A DNA stretch of 64,000 bases from positions 1,221,956 to 1,285,955 of the forward strand of contig CAVROI010000001.1 of NCBI GenBank assembly GCA_963722825.1, given 5' to 3'. This document shows, piece by piece, positions 1 through 13,584 of this stretch. The position numbers and the translations under genes are program-made. This DNA comes from an uncultured Gemmatimonadales bacterium. Lineage in GTDB: Bacteria > Gemmatimonadota > Gemmatimonadetes > Gemmatimonadales > GWC2-71-9. A model generated the notes under the pieces. It was not told the DNA's origin and ran no database searches. It saw only the letters and a program-made list of their open reading frames with translations. The number at the start of each line of letters is the position of its first letter. The first letter of the stretch is position 1.

Positions 1-325
1 GCGGATCGTGACCGGGGACCTCCCGACAGTCACCGCCGAGAAATTTACCGTCCTCCAGGAGCTGCAGCTCATCACGCTTACACCCGCCATTCAGGCCGAG
101 CGCGGCATTCGGAGCGAGCACGGCGCGCTCATCTTCAAGATCTCGCCGCAGGTGAGCCGGGCGACGGGGCTGCAGGAAGGCGACGCGATCGTCGCCATCA
201 ATCGCAATCCGGTGCGCAGCGCCGACCAGGTCGAGGAGTTGATGAACGTTCGCTCGGGCCAGGTGATCCGGGTGTACTTCGAGCGCGATGGACAAATTTC
301 TTTCGCCGATCTCGCCTTCCGATGA
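1..325 (+). CDS. C-terminal PDZ domain of an HtrA/DegP-like serine protease (5' end outside window)
   Basis: Frame is open to the window edge. PDZ-like stretch GALIFKISPQVSRATGLQEGDAIVAINRNPVRSADQVEELM. Stop TGA 323-325 overlaps the purB ATG (ATGA). Confidence 0.5.
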   Translation, partial: RIVTGDLPTVTAEKFTVLQELQLITLTPAIQAERGIRSEHGALIFKISPQVSRATGLQEGDAIVAINRNPVRSADQVEELMNVRSGQVIRVYFERDGQISFADLAFR

Positions 326-1764
326 CCGACGACGATCGCTGGCGCTCCCCGCTCGGTACCCGCTATGCGTCTCCCGCGATGCAGAGGCTGTGGGGCGAGT
401 CCCGTCGCATCGCGTGGTGGCGCCGCCTCTGGCTCGCCCTCGCCGAGGCGGAGCGCGAGCTCGGACTCGAGATTCCCGATGCGGCCGTGATCCAGATGCG
501 TGCCCACCTCGACGACGCCGACCTCGCCGCGGCCGCGCGGTTCGAGCGGCGTTTCCGGCACGACGTCATGGCCCACGTGCACGCCTTCGGGGAGCAGGCC
601 CCGGCGGCGAGGCCGTTTCTCCACCTCGGCGCCACCAGCGCGTTCGTCACGGACAACGCCGATCTCATCGTCATGCGGGAGGGCCTGCGATTGCTGTTGG
701 GTCGGGTCATCGCGGTCCTGTCGGCACTCGAGGGCTTCGCGGTCCGGCATGCTGCCCTCCCCTGCCTCGCGTACACCCACTTCCAGCCGGCCCAGCTCAC
801 GACCGTCGGCAAACGTGCCACGCTGTGGATGCAGGATTTCGCGCTGGATGTCGAAGAGCTGTCACACCGGCTCGAGGGATTGCGGTTCCGGGGATGCCAG
901 GGCACGACCGGCACCCAGGCATCATTCCTCGAGCTCTTCGGTGGCGATCATGGCAAGGTGCGCGAGCTGGAGCGGCGTGTCACCGCCAAGCTCGGGTTCT
1001 CGGCGCAGTTCGCGGTGACGGGCCAGACATATCCGCGCAAGGCCGACAGCATGGTGCTCGATGCGCTGAGCGGAATCGCGCAGTCGGCGAGCAAGATGGC
1101 CGGCGACCTCCGCCTGCTGCAGCACGAAGGCGAGCTGCTCGAGCCGTTCGAGTCCGAGCAGATCGGATCGAGCGCGATGGCCTACAAGCGGAATCCGATG
1201 CGTGCGGAGCGCATCGCCGGCCTGGCACGATTCGTCATTGCCCTCCAGGCCAATGGCCCCCACACCGCCGCCAATCAGTGGCTGGAGCGGACCCTCGACG
1301 ACAGCGCCAACCGCCGGCTCACTCTTCCCGAAGCGTTTCTCGGGACCGACGCCATCCTGGTGCTCGCGGCTAATATCGCGGCGGGACTCGAGGTCAGAGA
1401 GGACGTCATCCGGCGGAACGTGGATGAGCAGATGCCGTTCATGGTGACGGAGCGTTGCCTGATGCTCGGCGTGGCCGCGGGCGGCGACCGGCAGGCGCTT
1501 CACGAGGTGATCCGCCGCCATAGCCTCGCCGTGGCGGAGGCGGTCAGCCGTGGCGCCGGCAACGATCTGCTGGAGCGGCTGTGCACCGATGCGGCATTCC
1601 GCGGTGTGCCGGTCGAGACGCTCCGCGCCGAGCTCGATCCCGCGGCATACACCGGCCGCGCCGCGCCGCAGGTCGGGGAGTTCATCGAGGAGTATCTGCA
1701 TCCCCTCCTCGAGCGGACGCGCCCACTCGCGGCCGACGCGGGAACCACCGAGGTGCGGGTATGA
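322..1764 (+). CDS. purB: Adenylosuccinate lyase
   Basis: 480 aa. N-terminus [16 protein letters not shown]. Fumarate-lyase signature [13 protein letters not shown]. Confidence 0.95.
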   Translation: MTDDDRWRSPLGTRYASPAMQRLWGESRRIAWWRRLWLALAEAERELGLEIPDAAVIQMRAHLDDADLAAAARFERRFRHDVMAHVHAFGEQAPAARPFLHLGATSAFVTDNADLIVMREGLRLLLGRVIAVLSALEGFAVRHAALPCLAYTHFQPAQLTTVGKRATLWMQDFALDVEELSHRLEGLRFRGCQGTTGTQASFLELFGGDHGKVRELERRVTAKLGFSAQFAVTGQTYPRKADSMVLDALSGIAQSASKMAGDLRLLQHEGELLEPFESEQIGSSAMAYKRNPMRAERIAGLARFVIALQANGPHTAANQWLERTLDDSANRRLTLPEAFLGTDAILVLAANIAAGLEVREDVIRRNVDEQMPFMVTERCLMLGVAAGGDRQALHEVIRRHSLAVAEAVSRGAGNDLLERLCTDAAFRGVPVETLRAELDPAAYTGRAAPQVGEFIEEYLHPLLERTRPLAADAGTTEVRV

Positions 1765-2681
1765 CGGCGCTGGCCGAGAGTCGGCTGCCGCTGCCGCTGC
1801 GGCGGCGGGGCAAGGTGCGCGAGGTCTACGAGGTGGATGCCGACCACCTGCTCCTGGTGGCGAGCGACCGGGTCAGCGCCTTCGACATCGTCATGCGCGA
1901 GCCGATCCCGCACAAGGGTGCGGTGCTCACCCAGATCAGTGCCTTCTGGTTCGAGAGGCTGGCCGGTGTGTTCCCTTCGCACTACGTCACGGCGGATACC
2001 GCGGCAATCATCAGGCGGATTCCGTCGCTACGCACGCACGGCGATGCGATGGCGGGGCGGGCGATGCTGGTCCGGCGGGCCGAGCCGCTTCCGTTCGAGT
2101 GCGTCGTGCGGGGGTATCTCTCCGGCTCGGCCTGGGCGGAGTACCGAAACACCGGCACCCTCGCCGGCGAGCCGCTGCCCGAGGGCCTGCGTGAAAGCGC
2201 TCGCCTCGATTCCCCGCTCTTCTCGCCTGCGACGAAGGCCGAAGCGGGCCACGATGAGAACGTGACGTTCGATGACGTCGCCGCCGCGCTCGGACATGCG
2301 CTCGCCACCCGGCTCCGGGACGCCAGCTTCGCGATCTACCGCGCGGGACGTGACCACGCCGCCGGCCGCGGAATCATCATTGCCGATACCAAGTTCGAGT
2401 TCGGCACGGATGGCGAGGGCGCCTTGCGCCTCATCGACGAGGTCCTCACCCCGGACTCCTCCCGATTCTGGCCGGCCGACAGGTACGAGCCTGGGGGGAG
2501 CCAGCCGAGCTTCGACAAGCAGCCACTCCGCGACTACCTCGCGACGCTCCGAGCGGGCGGCCGCTGGAACGGAGAGGCGCCGCCGCCCTCGCTCCCGCCC
2601 GAGGTAATCGAAGCCACGAGCCTCCGCTACCTCGAGGCCTATCGCCGGATCACGGGGCGCGAGCTCCCGGTGAAATCGTGA
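1761..2681 (+). CDS. purC: SAICAR synthetase (phosphoribosylaminoimidazole-succinocarboxamide synthase)
   Basis: Internal ATG at 1761 overlaps the purB stop (ATGA). Motifs [32 protein letters not shown]. 306 aa. Confidence 0.93.
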   Translation: MTALAESRLPLPLRRRGKVREVYEVDADHLLLVASDRVSAFDIVMREPIPHKGAVLTQISAFWFERLAGVFPSHYVTADTAAIIRRIPSLRTHGDAMAGRAMLVRRAEPLPFECVVRGYLSGSAWAEYRNTGTLAGEPLPEGLRESARLDSPLFSPATKAEAGHDENVTFDDVAAALGHALATRLRDASFAIYRAGRDHAAGRGIIIADTKFEFGTDGEGALRLIDEVLTPDSSRFWPADRYEPGGSQPSFDKQPLRDYLATLRAGGRWNGEAPPPSLPPEVIEATSLRYLEAYRRITGRELPVKS

Positions 2682-3328
2682 TCCGAACCGCTCCGGAGGG
2701 CCGGCGGTTCATCGTGGGAGCCTGGGTCATCGCCGCGGCTCTGATCTTGGCCGGGGCGGTAACGGGTCGGGTCGGATGGTGGATCGCCGCCGCGGCGGCG
2801 ACTCTGCTGTCCGGCTGGGTCGTGGCCTTCTTCCGCGATCCGGAGCGGCAGTGGACCCGGGGGCCCGGCCTGATCGTCGCACCGGCCGACGGGCGGGTCG
2901 TGAGCGTAGTGGAGATCGACGAGCCGGCATTCTTCTGCGAGCGTGCCGTCCGCCTGTCGATCTTCATGAACGTCTTCGATTGCCACGTCAACCGGTACCC
3001 GGCCGACGGCACGGTCACCTACCGGCACTACAACGCGGGTAAGTTCGGCCACGCCGGCGCCGAAAAGGCGAGCTTGAGCAACGAGCAATCCTCCGTCGGC
3101 CTCACGACCCACGCCGGCAAGATGCTGATCCGGCAGATCGCGGGACTGGTGGCCCGCCGAATCGTCACCGACCACGGCGTCGGGGCGACGGTCCAGCAGG
3201 GTGAACGCATGGGCATGATCCGTTTCGGTTCACGGGTGGACCTCTTTCTCCCGCTGGGGACTCGGGTGCTGGTACGGCCCGACGACACTACACGGGTGGG
3301 AATAACGGTGGTGGCCGAATGGAACTGA
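2678..3328 (+). CDS. psd: Phosphatidylserine decarboxylase family protein (short, archaeal-type proenzyme)
   Basis: 216 aa with an N-terminal TM helix. Motifs [11 protein letters not shown] and the self-cleavage-like FGSRVD. GTG start overlaps the purC stop (GTGA). Confidence 0.8.
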   Translation: MIRTAPEGRRFIVGAWVIAAALILAGAVTGRVGWWIAAAAATLLSGWVVAFFRDPERQWTRGPGLIVAPADGRVVSVVEIDEPAFFCERAVRLSIFMNVFDCHVNRYPADGTVTYRHYNAGKFGHAGAEKASLSNEQSSVGLTTHAGKMLIRQIAGLVARRIVTDHGVGATVQQGERMGMIRFGSRVDLFLPLGTRVLVRPDDTTRVGITVVAEWN

Positions 3329-4203
3329 TTCCCCGGCGGGACCGGCTCAGGCGCCCCACGATGCGTCAGGTGGTGGTGGTCATGCCGAGCGCCTTCACCC
3401 TCGGCAACCTGTTCTTCGGATTCTGGGCGATCGTCTCCGCCTTCAACGGGAACTTCCGGTGGGCCGGGTGGTTCATCGTCTTCTCCGGTATTCTCGACAT
3501 GCTGGATGGAAGAGTGGCCCGGCTCTCGAACACCGGCTCACGGTTCGGCGCCGAGCTCGACTCGCTCGTGGACGTCATCTCCTTCGGCGTCGCGCCGGCC
3601 CTGCTCATCTACTTCCTCGACTTCGCCGCCGCCGGCCGGTTTGCCTGGATCCTCTCCTACATCTACGTGACGGCGGTGGCGCTGCGCCTGGCGCGATTCA
3701 ACGTGCTGTCCGCCGGCAAGCCGGCCACCGGGTGGTTCACGGGCATGCCTTCGCCCGCTGCCGGAATGACGCTCGCGGTGTACTTCCCCTTCAGCCAGAC
3801 CGAGTGGTACCGCGCTTCGATCGCCTACCTCGACCTCCAGCATCAGGGGCTCGTGGTTCTGGTGCTCCTGCTGGCGCTGCTGATGGTCAGCAACGTCCGG
3901 TATCCCAAGTTCCCGCCGATCGGTGTTCGGAGCGCCAAGGGCATTTTCGGGCTGGTGGTGCACCTCACCATCCTCGTCGGGGGAGTATTCTTCCCGGAGT
4001 ATTTCCTCTTTCCCTTCGGGCTCTTTTACATGGCGTTCGGGGTTTCGCGTGCACTGATCCTCGGCCTGATGGAGCGGCCGGAGCCGACCGTGGTTCCTTC
4101 GGTCGCCGGCGAGGAGCCCTCTTCACCGGCCGCGGCCGCGCCGCCCGCTCCGGAGCGTCGCGCGGACTGGATCGACCGGCGCCGGACGCCGGAGGACCGA
4201 TGA
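3319..4203 (+). CDS. pssA: CDP-diacylglycerol--serine O-phosphatidyltransferase
   Basis: Complete CDP-alcohol phosphatidyltransferase motif [26 protein letters not shown] (D-x2-DG-x2-AR-x8-G-x3-D-x3-D). Multi-TM protein. Alternative start at 3361. Confidence 0.85.
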   Translation: MELIPRRDRLRRPTMRQVVVVMPSAFTLGNLFFGFWAIVSAFNGNFRWAGWFIVFSGILDMLDGRVARLSNTGSRFGAELDSLVDVISFGVAPALLIYFLDFAAAGRFAWILSYIYVTAVALRLARFNVLSAGKPATGWFTGMPSPAAGMTLAVYFPFSQTEWYRASIAYLDLQHQGLVVLVLLLALLMVSNVRYPKFPPIGVRSAKGIFGLVVHLTILVGGVFFPEYFLFPFGLFYMAFGVSRALILGLMERPEPTVVPSVAGEEPSSPAAAAPPAPERRADWIDRRRTPEDR

Positions 4204-4451
4204 GTTTTCGAGTGCACGTGCGGGTGATGCCGCGGGGTGGGTTACTGGACCCCCAGGGCCAGGCGGTCGAGCATGCGCTGTCCGCCCTCGGCTTTGCCGA
4301 CGCCGCCGGCGTTCGGGTTGGCCGGGCCATCGAATTGAGCGTGCACGCCGCTACCCGCGGCGATGCGGAGGCGCGGGTGCGCCAGATGTGCGACAAGCTG
4401 CTCGCCAATCCGGTGACGGAGGATTACTTGCTCGAGGTGGAGGAGGTCTGA
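4200..4451 (+). CDS. purS: FGAM synthase subunit PurS
   Basis: 83 aa, [27 protein letters not shown]..., sits directly before purQ. ATG overlaps the pssA stop (ATGA). Confidence 0.9.
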   Translation: MSFRVHVRVMPRGGLLDPQGQAVEHALSALGFADAAGVRVGRAIELSVHAATRGDAEARVRQMCDKLLANPVTEDYLLEVEEV

Positions 4452-5170
4452 TGCTCAAGGTGGCCGTGGTCCGCTTTCCGGGAAGCAACTGCGATGCCGA
4501 CTCGGTGCGGGCCGTCGAGCGCGTGGGAGCGAACGGCTATCTCGTCTGGCATCGGGACACACATCTGCAGGGCGCCGACGTCGTGATCCTCCCGGGAGGC
4601 TTCAGCTACGGTGATTACCTGCGCTCCGGTGCCATCGCCCGGTTCAGTCCCATCATGCAGGCCGTACAGCGGCACGCGGCCGAGGGAGGCGCGGTCCTCG
4701 GCATCTGCAACGGATTCCAGATCCTCTGCGAGGCGCACCTGTTGCCCGGCGCTCTGCTCAGGAATGCCGGTCTCTCCTTCGTTTCCAAGCCGGTGGACGT
4801 GATCGTGGAGCGGACCTCCACGGCCTTCACCTCGGCCTACGGCCGCGGCGACCGGTTGCGCCTGCCGGTCGCACACGGTGATGGCCGCTTCGCCGCCTCG
4901 AGCGATACGTTACGCGTCCTCGAAGCCGAGGGCCGGATCGTCCTCAGGTACGTCGAGGCCACGGAAAAGTCGCCGCTGCAGCCCAATCCCAACGGGTCGG
5001 CCAACCACATTGCAGGCATCTGCAATCCCGCGGGCACCGTGGTCGGCATCATGCCCCACCCGGAGCGCGCCGACGATCCGCTCCTCGGCTCGTCCGACGG
5101 AATCGGATTCTTCCGGTCCATGGCTGCGCTGCAGCCCAAGGTCCCCACCTCTACCGCGCAGAGCCGATGA
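4451..5170 (+). CDS. purQ: FGAM synthase glutaminase subunit PurQ
   Basis: [24 protein letters not shown], catalytic ICNGFQIL, MPHPER. One-nt overlap with the purS stop (TGATG). Confidence 0.95.
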   Translation: MLKVAVVRFPGSNCDADSVRAVERVGANGYLVWHRDTHLQGADVVILPGGFSYGDYLRSGAIARFSPIMQAVQRHAAEGGAVLGICNGFQILCEAHLLPGALLRNAGLSFVSKPVDVIVERTSTAFTSAYGRGDRLRLPVAHGDGRFAASSDTLRVLEAEGRIVLRYVEATEKSPLQPNPNGSANHIAGICNPAGTVVGIMPHPERADDPLLGSSDGIGFFRSMAALQPKVPTSTAQSR

Positions 5171-5496
5171 GCACCGACAAGCCCAGCCGCAACGAGGACG
5201 AATATTTCGTCAAGCAGGACGCCGAACTGATCAAGCGTCAGCAGCACCTTGCCGAAGTCGCCGCGCTCGAATCCGAGCGGAAGAGTCACTACATGAAGTG
5301 TCCCAAAGACGGCTACGACCTGGTGAGCGGCCAGTATCACGGTGTTCAGATCGAGAGCTGCCCCCATTGCGGCGGCATGTGGCTCGACGCCGGAGAAATC
5401 GACGTGGTGGCGCATGAAGAGCGTCCCGCTCTCTTCACCCGGGTGCTGGCCGACGCCTTTTCGAGCTTCCGGGGCGGATCCCGGAGGCGGTCGTGA
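5167..5496 (+). CDS. Small zinc-ribbon (TFIIB-type zf, CxxD...CxxC) protein of unknown function
   Basis: 109 aa. Acidic/coiled N-terminus [18 protein letters not shown] followed by CPKDGYDL...[15 protein letters not shown]. Start overlaps purQ (ATGA) and stop overlaps purL (GTGA). Confidence 0.6.
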   Translation: MSTDKPSRNEDEYFVKQDAELIKRQQHLAEVAALESERKSHYMKCPKDGYDLVSGQYHGVQIESCPHCGGMWLDAGEIDVVAHEERPALFTRVLADAFSSFRGGSRRRS

Positions 5497-7805
5497 CCGG
5501 CTTCGCCGTCGAGCGGGCCGCCGAGGCCGTCTCGCTGGCCGGCGAGCGGCCCGTCACGCCCGCCGTGGCACGAGAGCACAATCTCAACGAGCTGGAGTAC
5601 GGCCGCATCCTCGAGCTGCTCGGCCGCACGCCCACGCTGACGGAGCTCGGCGTGTTCTCTGCGCTCTGGTCGGAGCATTGCAGCTACAAGCATTCCAGGC
5701 CCGTGCTCAAGACCTTTCCGACAACCGGGGCGCAGGTGGTCCAGGGACCGGGCGAAAACGCCGGCGTGTTGCGGCTGCCCGAGGGATGGGCGGTCGCCTT
5801 CAAGATCGAGTCCCACAATCACCCGTCGGCGGTCGAGCCGTATCAGGGAGCGGCGACCGGTGTCGGGGGAATTCTCCGCGACGTGTTCACGATGGGAGCG
5901 CGTCCCGTTGCCGTGCTCAACAGCCTCCGCTTCGGTCCGCTGGACGTGCCGAGGAACCGCTATCTGCTGGCCGGCGTGGTGCGCGGCGTCGGCGACTACG
6001 GCAATTGCGTCGGCATCCCCACCCTCGGCGGCGAGGTGGGCTTCGCGGAGGGCTACACGGGCAACCCCCTGGTCAACGCGATGTGCGTCGGTTTGCTCAG
6101 GGAATCCGACCTGATCCGCGCCGCGGCCAGCGGCGTCGGCAACGTGCTGCTCTGCGTCGGCGCGCGTACGGGGCGCGACGGCATCCACGGTGCCAGCTTC
6201 GCCTCGGAGGAGCTGTCCGAAAAGAGCGAGGCCCGTCGCCCTCAGGTGCAGGTCGGTGACCCGTTCACCGAAAAGCTCCTGCTCGAGGCCAGCCTGGAGC
6301 TCATCACGGCGAGGCTGATCGTCGCCATTCAGGACATGGGCGCCGCCGGGCTGACCAGCTCGAGCGCCGAGATGGCGGCCCGCGGCGGTGTCGGCGTGGA
6401 AATCGATACGGCACTGGTGCCGACTCGGGAGCCCGGCATGACACCGTACGAAATCCTGCTCTCGGAATCCCAGGAGCGGATGCTCGTGGTCGCGGAGCCG
6501 GCGCGGGTAGCGGACATTCAGGCCGTGTGTGCCCGGTGGGAGCTTGGCGCCATACCGATCGGACGAGTCACCGACGACGGCATTTTCCGCGTGCGCCACG
6601 ACGGACTGGTGGTCGCCGCCATTCCCGGGCAGCGCCTGATCGACGATTGTCCCATCTATGAGCCCGAGGCGCGCGAGCCGGAGGAAGCACGGGCCCGGCG
6701 CGCCGCGCATCCAGGCCGGCCCGCCTCAGCCGACCTGCGGAGCGCTCTCGAGCGACTGCTGGACAGCCCGAACATCGCGAGCAAGCGGTGGATGTTCGAG
6801 CAGTTCGACTCCACCGTTCAGGCCTCCACCGTACTCGGTCCCGGCGGCGATGCCGGCGTCTTCGGGGTGCCGGGAACCCAGTTTGGCCTCGCCGTCACCG
6901 TAGACTGCAACAGCCGCCTCGTGGCCCTCGATCCATATGAGGGTGGTAAGGCGACGGTCGCCGAGGCCGCGCGCAACGTCGCCTGCACCGGGGCGCGGCC
7001 ACTGGGGATCACCGATTGCCTCAACTTCGGCAACCCGGAGAAGCCCGAGGTCTTTCATCAATTCAAGGAAGCGTGCCGGGGGATCGCCGACGCCTGCCGG
7101 GCATTCGACACGCCAGTGACCGGTGGGAACGTCTCCTTCTACAACGAGAGCCCCTCCGGAGCGATCGACCCCACGCCCACCGTCGGCATGGTCGGCCTGC
7201 TCGATCGGGCCGCCGATCGCGTGCCCAGTCATTTCGCGGCGCCAGGCAACCGGATCGCCATTCTGGGTGCGACTCGCGGTTCCCTCGGCGCATCGGCCTA
7301 CTGGGCCGAGATCTTCGATTTCGTCGGCGGGCAGCCGGCCACGGTGGATCTCGACGCCGAGCTGCGGCTCCAGCGTTTGCTTGTGGCGACGGCCGCGGAG
7401 GGTCTCCTCCGGTCCGCCCACGACTGCTCCGAAGGCGGCCTGCTCGTGGCCCTCGCCGAGGCGGCGATCGGTGGCGCGTACGCGGGCGAGGGCCTCGGCA
7501 TCGACTGCGATCTCGGTTCGTACGCCCCTAACGTCGCGGCGGACGCTGTCCTCTATGGTGAAGACGGGGCCCGCGCCGTGGTCTCCTGCGACCCGGCCAA
7601 GACGACGCAACTCGAAGCGCTGTGCCGGCAGCACGGCGTGCCGATGTTCCTGGCGGGCCGGGTCGAGCGGGCGTCGGGCGACCTCCGGATCGCCGTGGCG
7701 GGCCAGACGCTCACATGGAGCATTCCGGCATTGCGTAGAATCTATTTCGAGGCGATTCCCCGTCGGATGCGGCATCCCGACGTGGATCGGTCGGCGGGAG
7801 CGTAA
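5493..7805 (+). CDS. purL: FGAM synthase II, large subunit
   Basis: 770 aa. Motifs [27 protein letters not shown], and duplicated AIR-synthase-like domains. Confidence 0.95.
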   Translation: MTGFAVERAAEAVSLAGERPVTPAVAREHNLNELEYGRILELLGRTPTLTELGVFSALWSEHCSYKHSRPVLKTFPTTGAQVVQGPGENAGVLRLPEGWAVAFKIESHNHPSAVEPYQGAATGVGGILRDVFTMGARPVAVLNSLRFGPLDVPRNRYLLAGVVRGVGDYGNCVGIPTLGGEVGFAEGYTGNPLVNAMCVGLLRESDLIRAAASGVGNVLLCVGARTGRDGIHGASFASEELSEKSEARRPQVQVGDPFTEKLLLEASLELITARLIVAIQDMGAAGLTSSSAEMAARGGVGVEIDTALVPTREPGMTPYEILLSESQERMLVVAEPARVADIQAVCARWELGAIPIGRVTDDGIFRVRHDGLVVAAIPGQRLIDDCPIYEPEAREPEEARARRAAHPGRPASADLRSALERLLDSPNIASKRWMFEQFDSTVQASTVLGPGGDAGVFGVPGTQFGLAVTVDCNSRLVALDPYEGGKATVAEAARNVACTGARPLGITDCLNFGNPEKPEVFHQFKEACRGIADACRAFDTPVTGGNVSFYNESPSGAIDPTPTVGMVGLLDRAADRVPSHFAAPGNRIAILGATRGSLGASAYWAEIFDFVGGQPATVDLDAELRLQRLLVATAAEGLLRSAHDCSEGGLLVALAEAAIGGAYAGEGLGIDCDLGSYAPNVAADAVLYGEDGARAVVSCDPAKTTQLEALCRQHGVPMFLAGRVERASGDLRIAVAGQTLTWSIPALRRIYFEAIPRRMRHPDVDRSAGA

Positions 7806-7807
7806 CG

Positions 7808-9198
7808 ATGTGCGGCATCATCGGCGTTTCGGGCATTCCGGACGCGGCACGGCTCGCGTACCTCGGTCTCTATGCCCTTCAGCACCGCGGGCAGGAGAGC
7901 GCCGGCATCGTCGCGGTGGACCGCGAGGGGTTGGCCCGGAGCCGTCGGGGCATGGGCCTCGTAAGCGAGAATTTCGACGAATCGGCGCTGTCGCTGCTGC
8001 CGGGCGACGTGGCCGTGGGCCATACCCGCTACAGCACGACCGGCAGCACGGTGCTGGCCAATGCGCAGCCCTGCAGCGCCAATACTCGTTGCGGACCTCT
8101 CGCCATCGCGCACAACGGCAATCTCGTCAATGCCGCCGAGCTCAAGCGCGAGCTGGTGGAGCGCGGCGCCATCTTCACCAGCTCCTCGGATACCGAAGTC
8201 CTGGTCCACCTCATCGCCCGGTCCGACGCCGATACGGTCGAGGGCCAGATTCGTGACGCCCTCGAGCAGGTGGACGGCGCCTACAGTCTGGTCATTTCGG
8301 TGGGCCGGACGCTCTACGCGGTCATCGACAGCCGTGGCTTCCGTCCGCTGGTGCTGGGCCGTCTCGGAAACGGGATGGTGGTCGCCTCCGAGAGCTGCGC
8401 GCTCGACCTGCTCGGCGCCACACCCGCGTGCGAGCTGCAGCCCGGAGAGTTCATCCGGATCGAGGAAGGGAAGGTCACCGAGCTGCCGCGCCTCAGCCCC
8501 CGGCCGGTGACCCGGTGCGTCTTCGAGCTGGTGTACTTCGCCCGGCCCGACAGCACGGTCTTCGGCGAATCGGTGGACCGCGTCCGCCGGGAGCTCGGAC
8601 GTCAGCTCGCCCGCGAACAGCCCGCGCCTCGCGGCGAGGTGGTGTTCAGCGTACCGGACAGCTCCAACGCGATGGCGCTCGGGTTTTCGGAGGCGTCGGG
8701 AGTCAAGCTCGAGTATGGCCTCATCCGCAATCACTACGTCGGCCGCACCTTCATCAATCCGACTCAGAACCATCGCGTCGCCAAGGTCAAGATCAAGTTC
8801 AATCCGGTGCGCGACGTCATCGAAGGAAAGTCGGTCGTCGTGGTCGACGACAGCCTCGTGCGGGGCAACACGAGCAAGAGTCTGGTGCAGATGATCCGGG
8901 GGGCGGGTGCGCGCGAAGTGCACATCCGGCTCGGCTCGCCGCCGATCACGGGACCGTGCCTCTACGGCATCGACACGCCGACCCGCGAAGAGCTGATCGC
9001 CGCCACCCACTCGATCGAGGAGATCCGGGAGTTTCTCGGCGTGGACTCCCTCGGCTATCTCTCGCTCGACGGCATGCTGCGCGCGGCGGGAAACGTCAAC
9101 GGCTACTGTCACGCCTGCTTCTCGGGCAACTACCCTACTCCGCTCCCCGGAGATCTGGTGCAACTACGGCACGCGTCGCCCCTGGTTGCGACTTCGGT

Positions 9199-9202
<4 letters not shown>
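7808..9202 (+). CDS. purF: Amidophosphoribosyltransferase
   Basis: N-terminal nucleophile MCGIIG. PRPP loop VVVVDDSLVRGNTS. C-terminal cysteines CHACFSGNYP. Confidence 0.95.
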
Positions 9203-11865
<2,663 letters not shown>

Positions 11866-11867
11866 GA

Positions 11868-11965
11868 GTCGAAGGTCGAAGGACTTACGACCTCAGACCT
11901 CAGACCTCAGACCCCAGACCCCAGACCCCAGACCCCAGACCCTAGACCCTAGACTCGCGACTCTT
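11868..11965 (+). repeat. Heptamer-periodic inverted repeat element A (2 x GTCGAAG, then 11 x GACYYNN)
   Basis: Read directly: GTCGAAG GTCGAAG gacttac, then GACCTCA x3, GACCCCA x4, GACCCTA x2, GACTCGC, GACTCTT. The array ends one base before the purE ATG. Confidence 0.9.
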
Positions 11966-12460
11966 ATGACCCAACCGCTCGTCGGCATCCTGATGGGAAG
12001 CGACTCCGACTGGGAAGTGATGCAGCACGCGGCTCGGCGCCTGGCCGAGTTCGACGTGGTGCACGAGAGCCGTGTCGTCTCGGCGCACCGCACGCCCGAC
12101 CTGCTGTTCCGCTACGCCGAAGAGGCGGCGGGCCGCGGGCTGCGCTGTCTCATCGCCGGGGCCGGCGGCGCCGCCCATCTCCCTGGCATGCTCGCGGCCA
12201 AGTCCACCCTTCCCGTGCTCGGCGTGCCGGTGCCCACGCGTCATCTTCAGGGTCTCGATTCGCTCCTGTCGATCGTGCAGATGCCGGCCGGTGTGCCGGT
12301 GGCGACGTTCGCCATCGGCGCCGCGGGCGCCCAGAACGCCGGGCTCTACGCCGTGGCGATCCTCGCGCTGTCCGATCCGGCTCTCGCCGGCCGTCTCACG
12401 GAGTTCAGGCGGGCCCAGACGGCCCGCGTCAGCGAGCTCAAGCTTCCCGCTCCCGGATGA
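11966..12460 (+). CDS. purE: N5-CAIR mutase (class I PurE)
   Basis: 164 aa. [10 protein letters not shown] and [10 protein letters not shown]. The ORF-track extension upstream merely translates the heptamer array. Confidence 0.9.
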   Translation: MTQPLVGILMGSDSDWEVMQHAARRLAEFDVVHESRVVSAHRTPDLLFRYAEEAAGRGLRCLIAGAGGAAHLPGMLAAKSTLPVLGVPVPTRHLQGLDSLLSIVQMPAGVPVATFAIGAAGAQNAGLYAVAILALSDPALAGRLTEFRRAQTARVSELKLPAPG

Positions 12461-13584
12461 TCCTGCCCGGCGCCACCCTCGGCGTGATCGGTGGAGGCCA
12501 GCTCGGCCGGATGTTCACGCTGCGTGCCCGAACGATGGGATACCGCGTGGTGGTGCTCGATCCGGATCCCGAGAGCCCGGCGGGTCAGGTCGCCGACCGC
12601 CACCGGCGGGTTCCCTACGACGACGAGGCCGGACTCGACGGGCTGGCCGCCGAGTGCGACGCCATCACGACGGAATTCGAGAACGTCCCGGCGGCCGCGC
12701 TCGAGCGCCTGTCGCGCTCGACAATCGTCCGGCCGAGTGCCCGGGCCGTGGCGATCGCGCAGGACCGCATCGCTGAGAAGACCTTCCTTCGACACGCCGG
12801 CTTCACGACCGCGGCATTCAGCGCCGTCGGGAGCGCCGCCGAGGTCCCGGCGGCACTGGAGACCGTCCCGCTCCCCGCTCTGCTCAAGACCAGCCGCTTC
12901 GGGTACGATGGGAAAGGCCAGGCGACCATCCTCTCCCCGTCCGACGCCGAGCCGGCGCTGCGCGAGCTCGGGGGGGTGGCCTGCGTCCTGGAGCAGCGGC
13001 TCACACTCGAGCGCGAGCTTTCAGTCGTGCTCGCGAGAGGTGCCGATGGCCGGGTGGTGGCGTTTCCGGTGGGAGAGAACCGCCACCGGGACGGTGTGCT
13101 CGAGACGACGGTCGTTCCCGCCCGCGTCGCGGCGCCCCTCGCGCTCGAAGCCCGGGCGCTCGCGACGGCGGTCGCCACATCCCTCGATTACGTCGGGGTG
13201 CTCGGCGTGGAGCTCTTCGTCGCGAATGGCGGGAAGCTGTACGTGAATGAGATTGCCCCTCGCCCGCATAACAGCGGTCACTACACGCTCGACGCCTGCT
13301 CGGTCGACCAGTTCGAGCAGCAGGTGCGCTCCCTCTGCGGTCTGCCGCTCCATGAGCCGGAGTTGCTGTCACCGGTGACGATGATCAACCTCCTCGGCGA
13401 CCTCTGGCGCGACGGACCGCCGCGTTGGGGCGAAGTATTTCGCCGCCCCGGCGTCCGGCTCCATCTCTACGGGAAGTCGGAGCCTCGACCGGGTCGGAAG
13501 ATGGGCCACTTGAATTGCCTTGCATCGAACCCGGATCAGGCGCTCGCCTTGGCGGTCGAGGCGCGCGACGCGCTACGTCGGTAA
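12457..13584 (+). CDS. purK: N5-carboxyaminoimidazole ribonucleotide synthase
   Basis: ATP-grasp protein with [18 protein letters not shown] and [16 protein letters not shown] overlap with purE. Confidence 0.9.
   Translation: MILPGATLGVIGGGQLGRMFTLRARTMGYRVVVLDPDPESPAGQVADRHRRVPYDDEAGLDGLAAECDAITTEFENVPAAALERLSRSTIVRPSARAVAIAQDRIAEKTFLRHAGFTTAAFSAVGSAAEVPAALETVPLPALLKTSRFGYDGKGQATILSPSDAEPALRELGGVACVLEQRLTLERELSVVLARGADGRVVAFPVGENRHRDGVLETTVVPARVAAPLALEARALATAVATSLDYVGVLGVELFVANGGKLYVNEIAPRPHNSGHYTLDACSVDQFEQQVRSLCGLPLHEPELLSPVTMINLLGDLWRDGPPRWGEVFRRPGVRLHLYGKSEPRPGRKMGHLNCLASNPDQALALAVEARDALRR

Noticed and set aside
5346-9163. Long - strand ORFs (454 aa and 473 aa) opposite purL and purF
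   Set aside because: These are mirror-frame artefacts. purL and purF on the + strand carry complete catalytic motifs and operon-consistent overlaps.
8428-9198. N-terminal 257-aa extension of the ppdK ORF
   Set aside because: It lies in an alternative frame of purF and is arginine/proline-rich. PPDK homology begins at MTAPSAQPLVYSFGGG (ATG 9199), which overlaps the purF stop.
11889-11965. Possible CRISPR array or coding low-complexity repeat
   Set aside because: The units are 7 nt with no spacers, and no cas genes are in the window. This is an inverted-arm architecture rather than a direct repeat-spacer layout.
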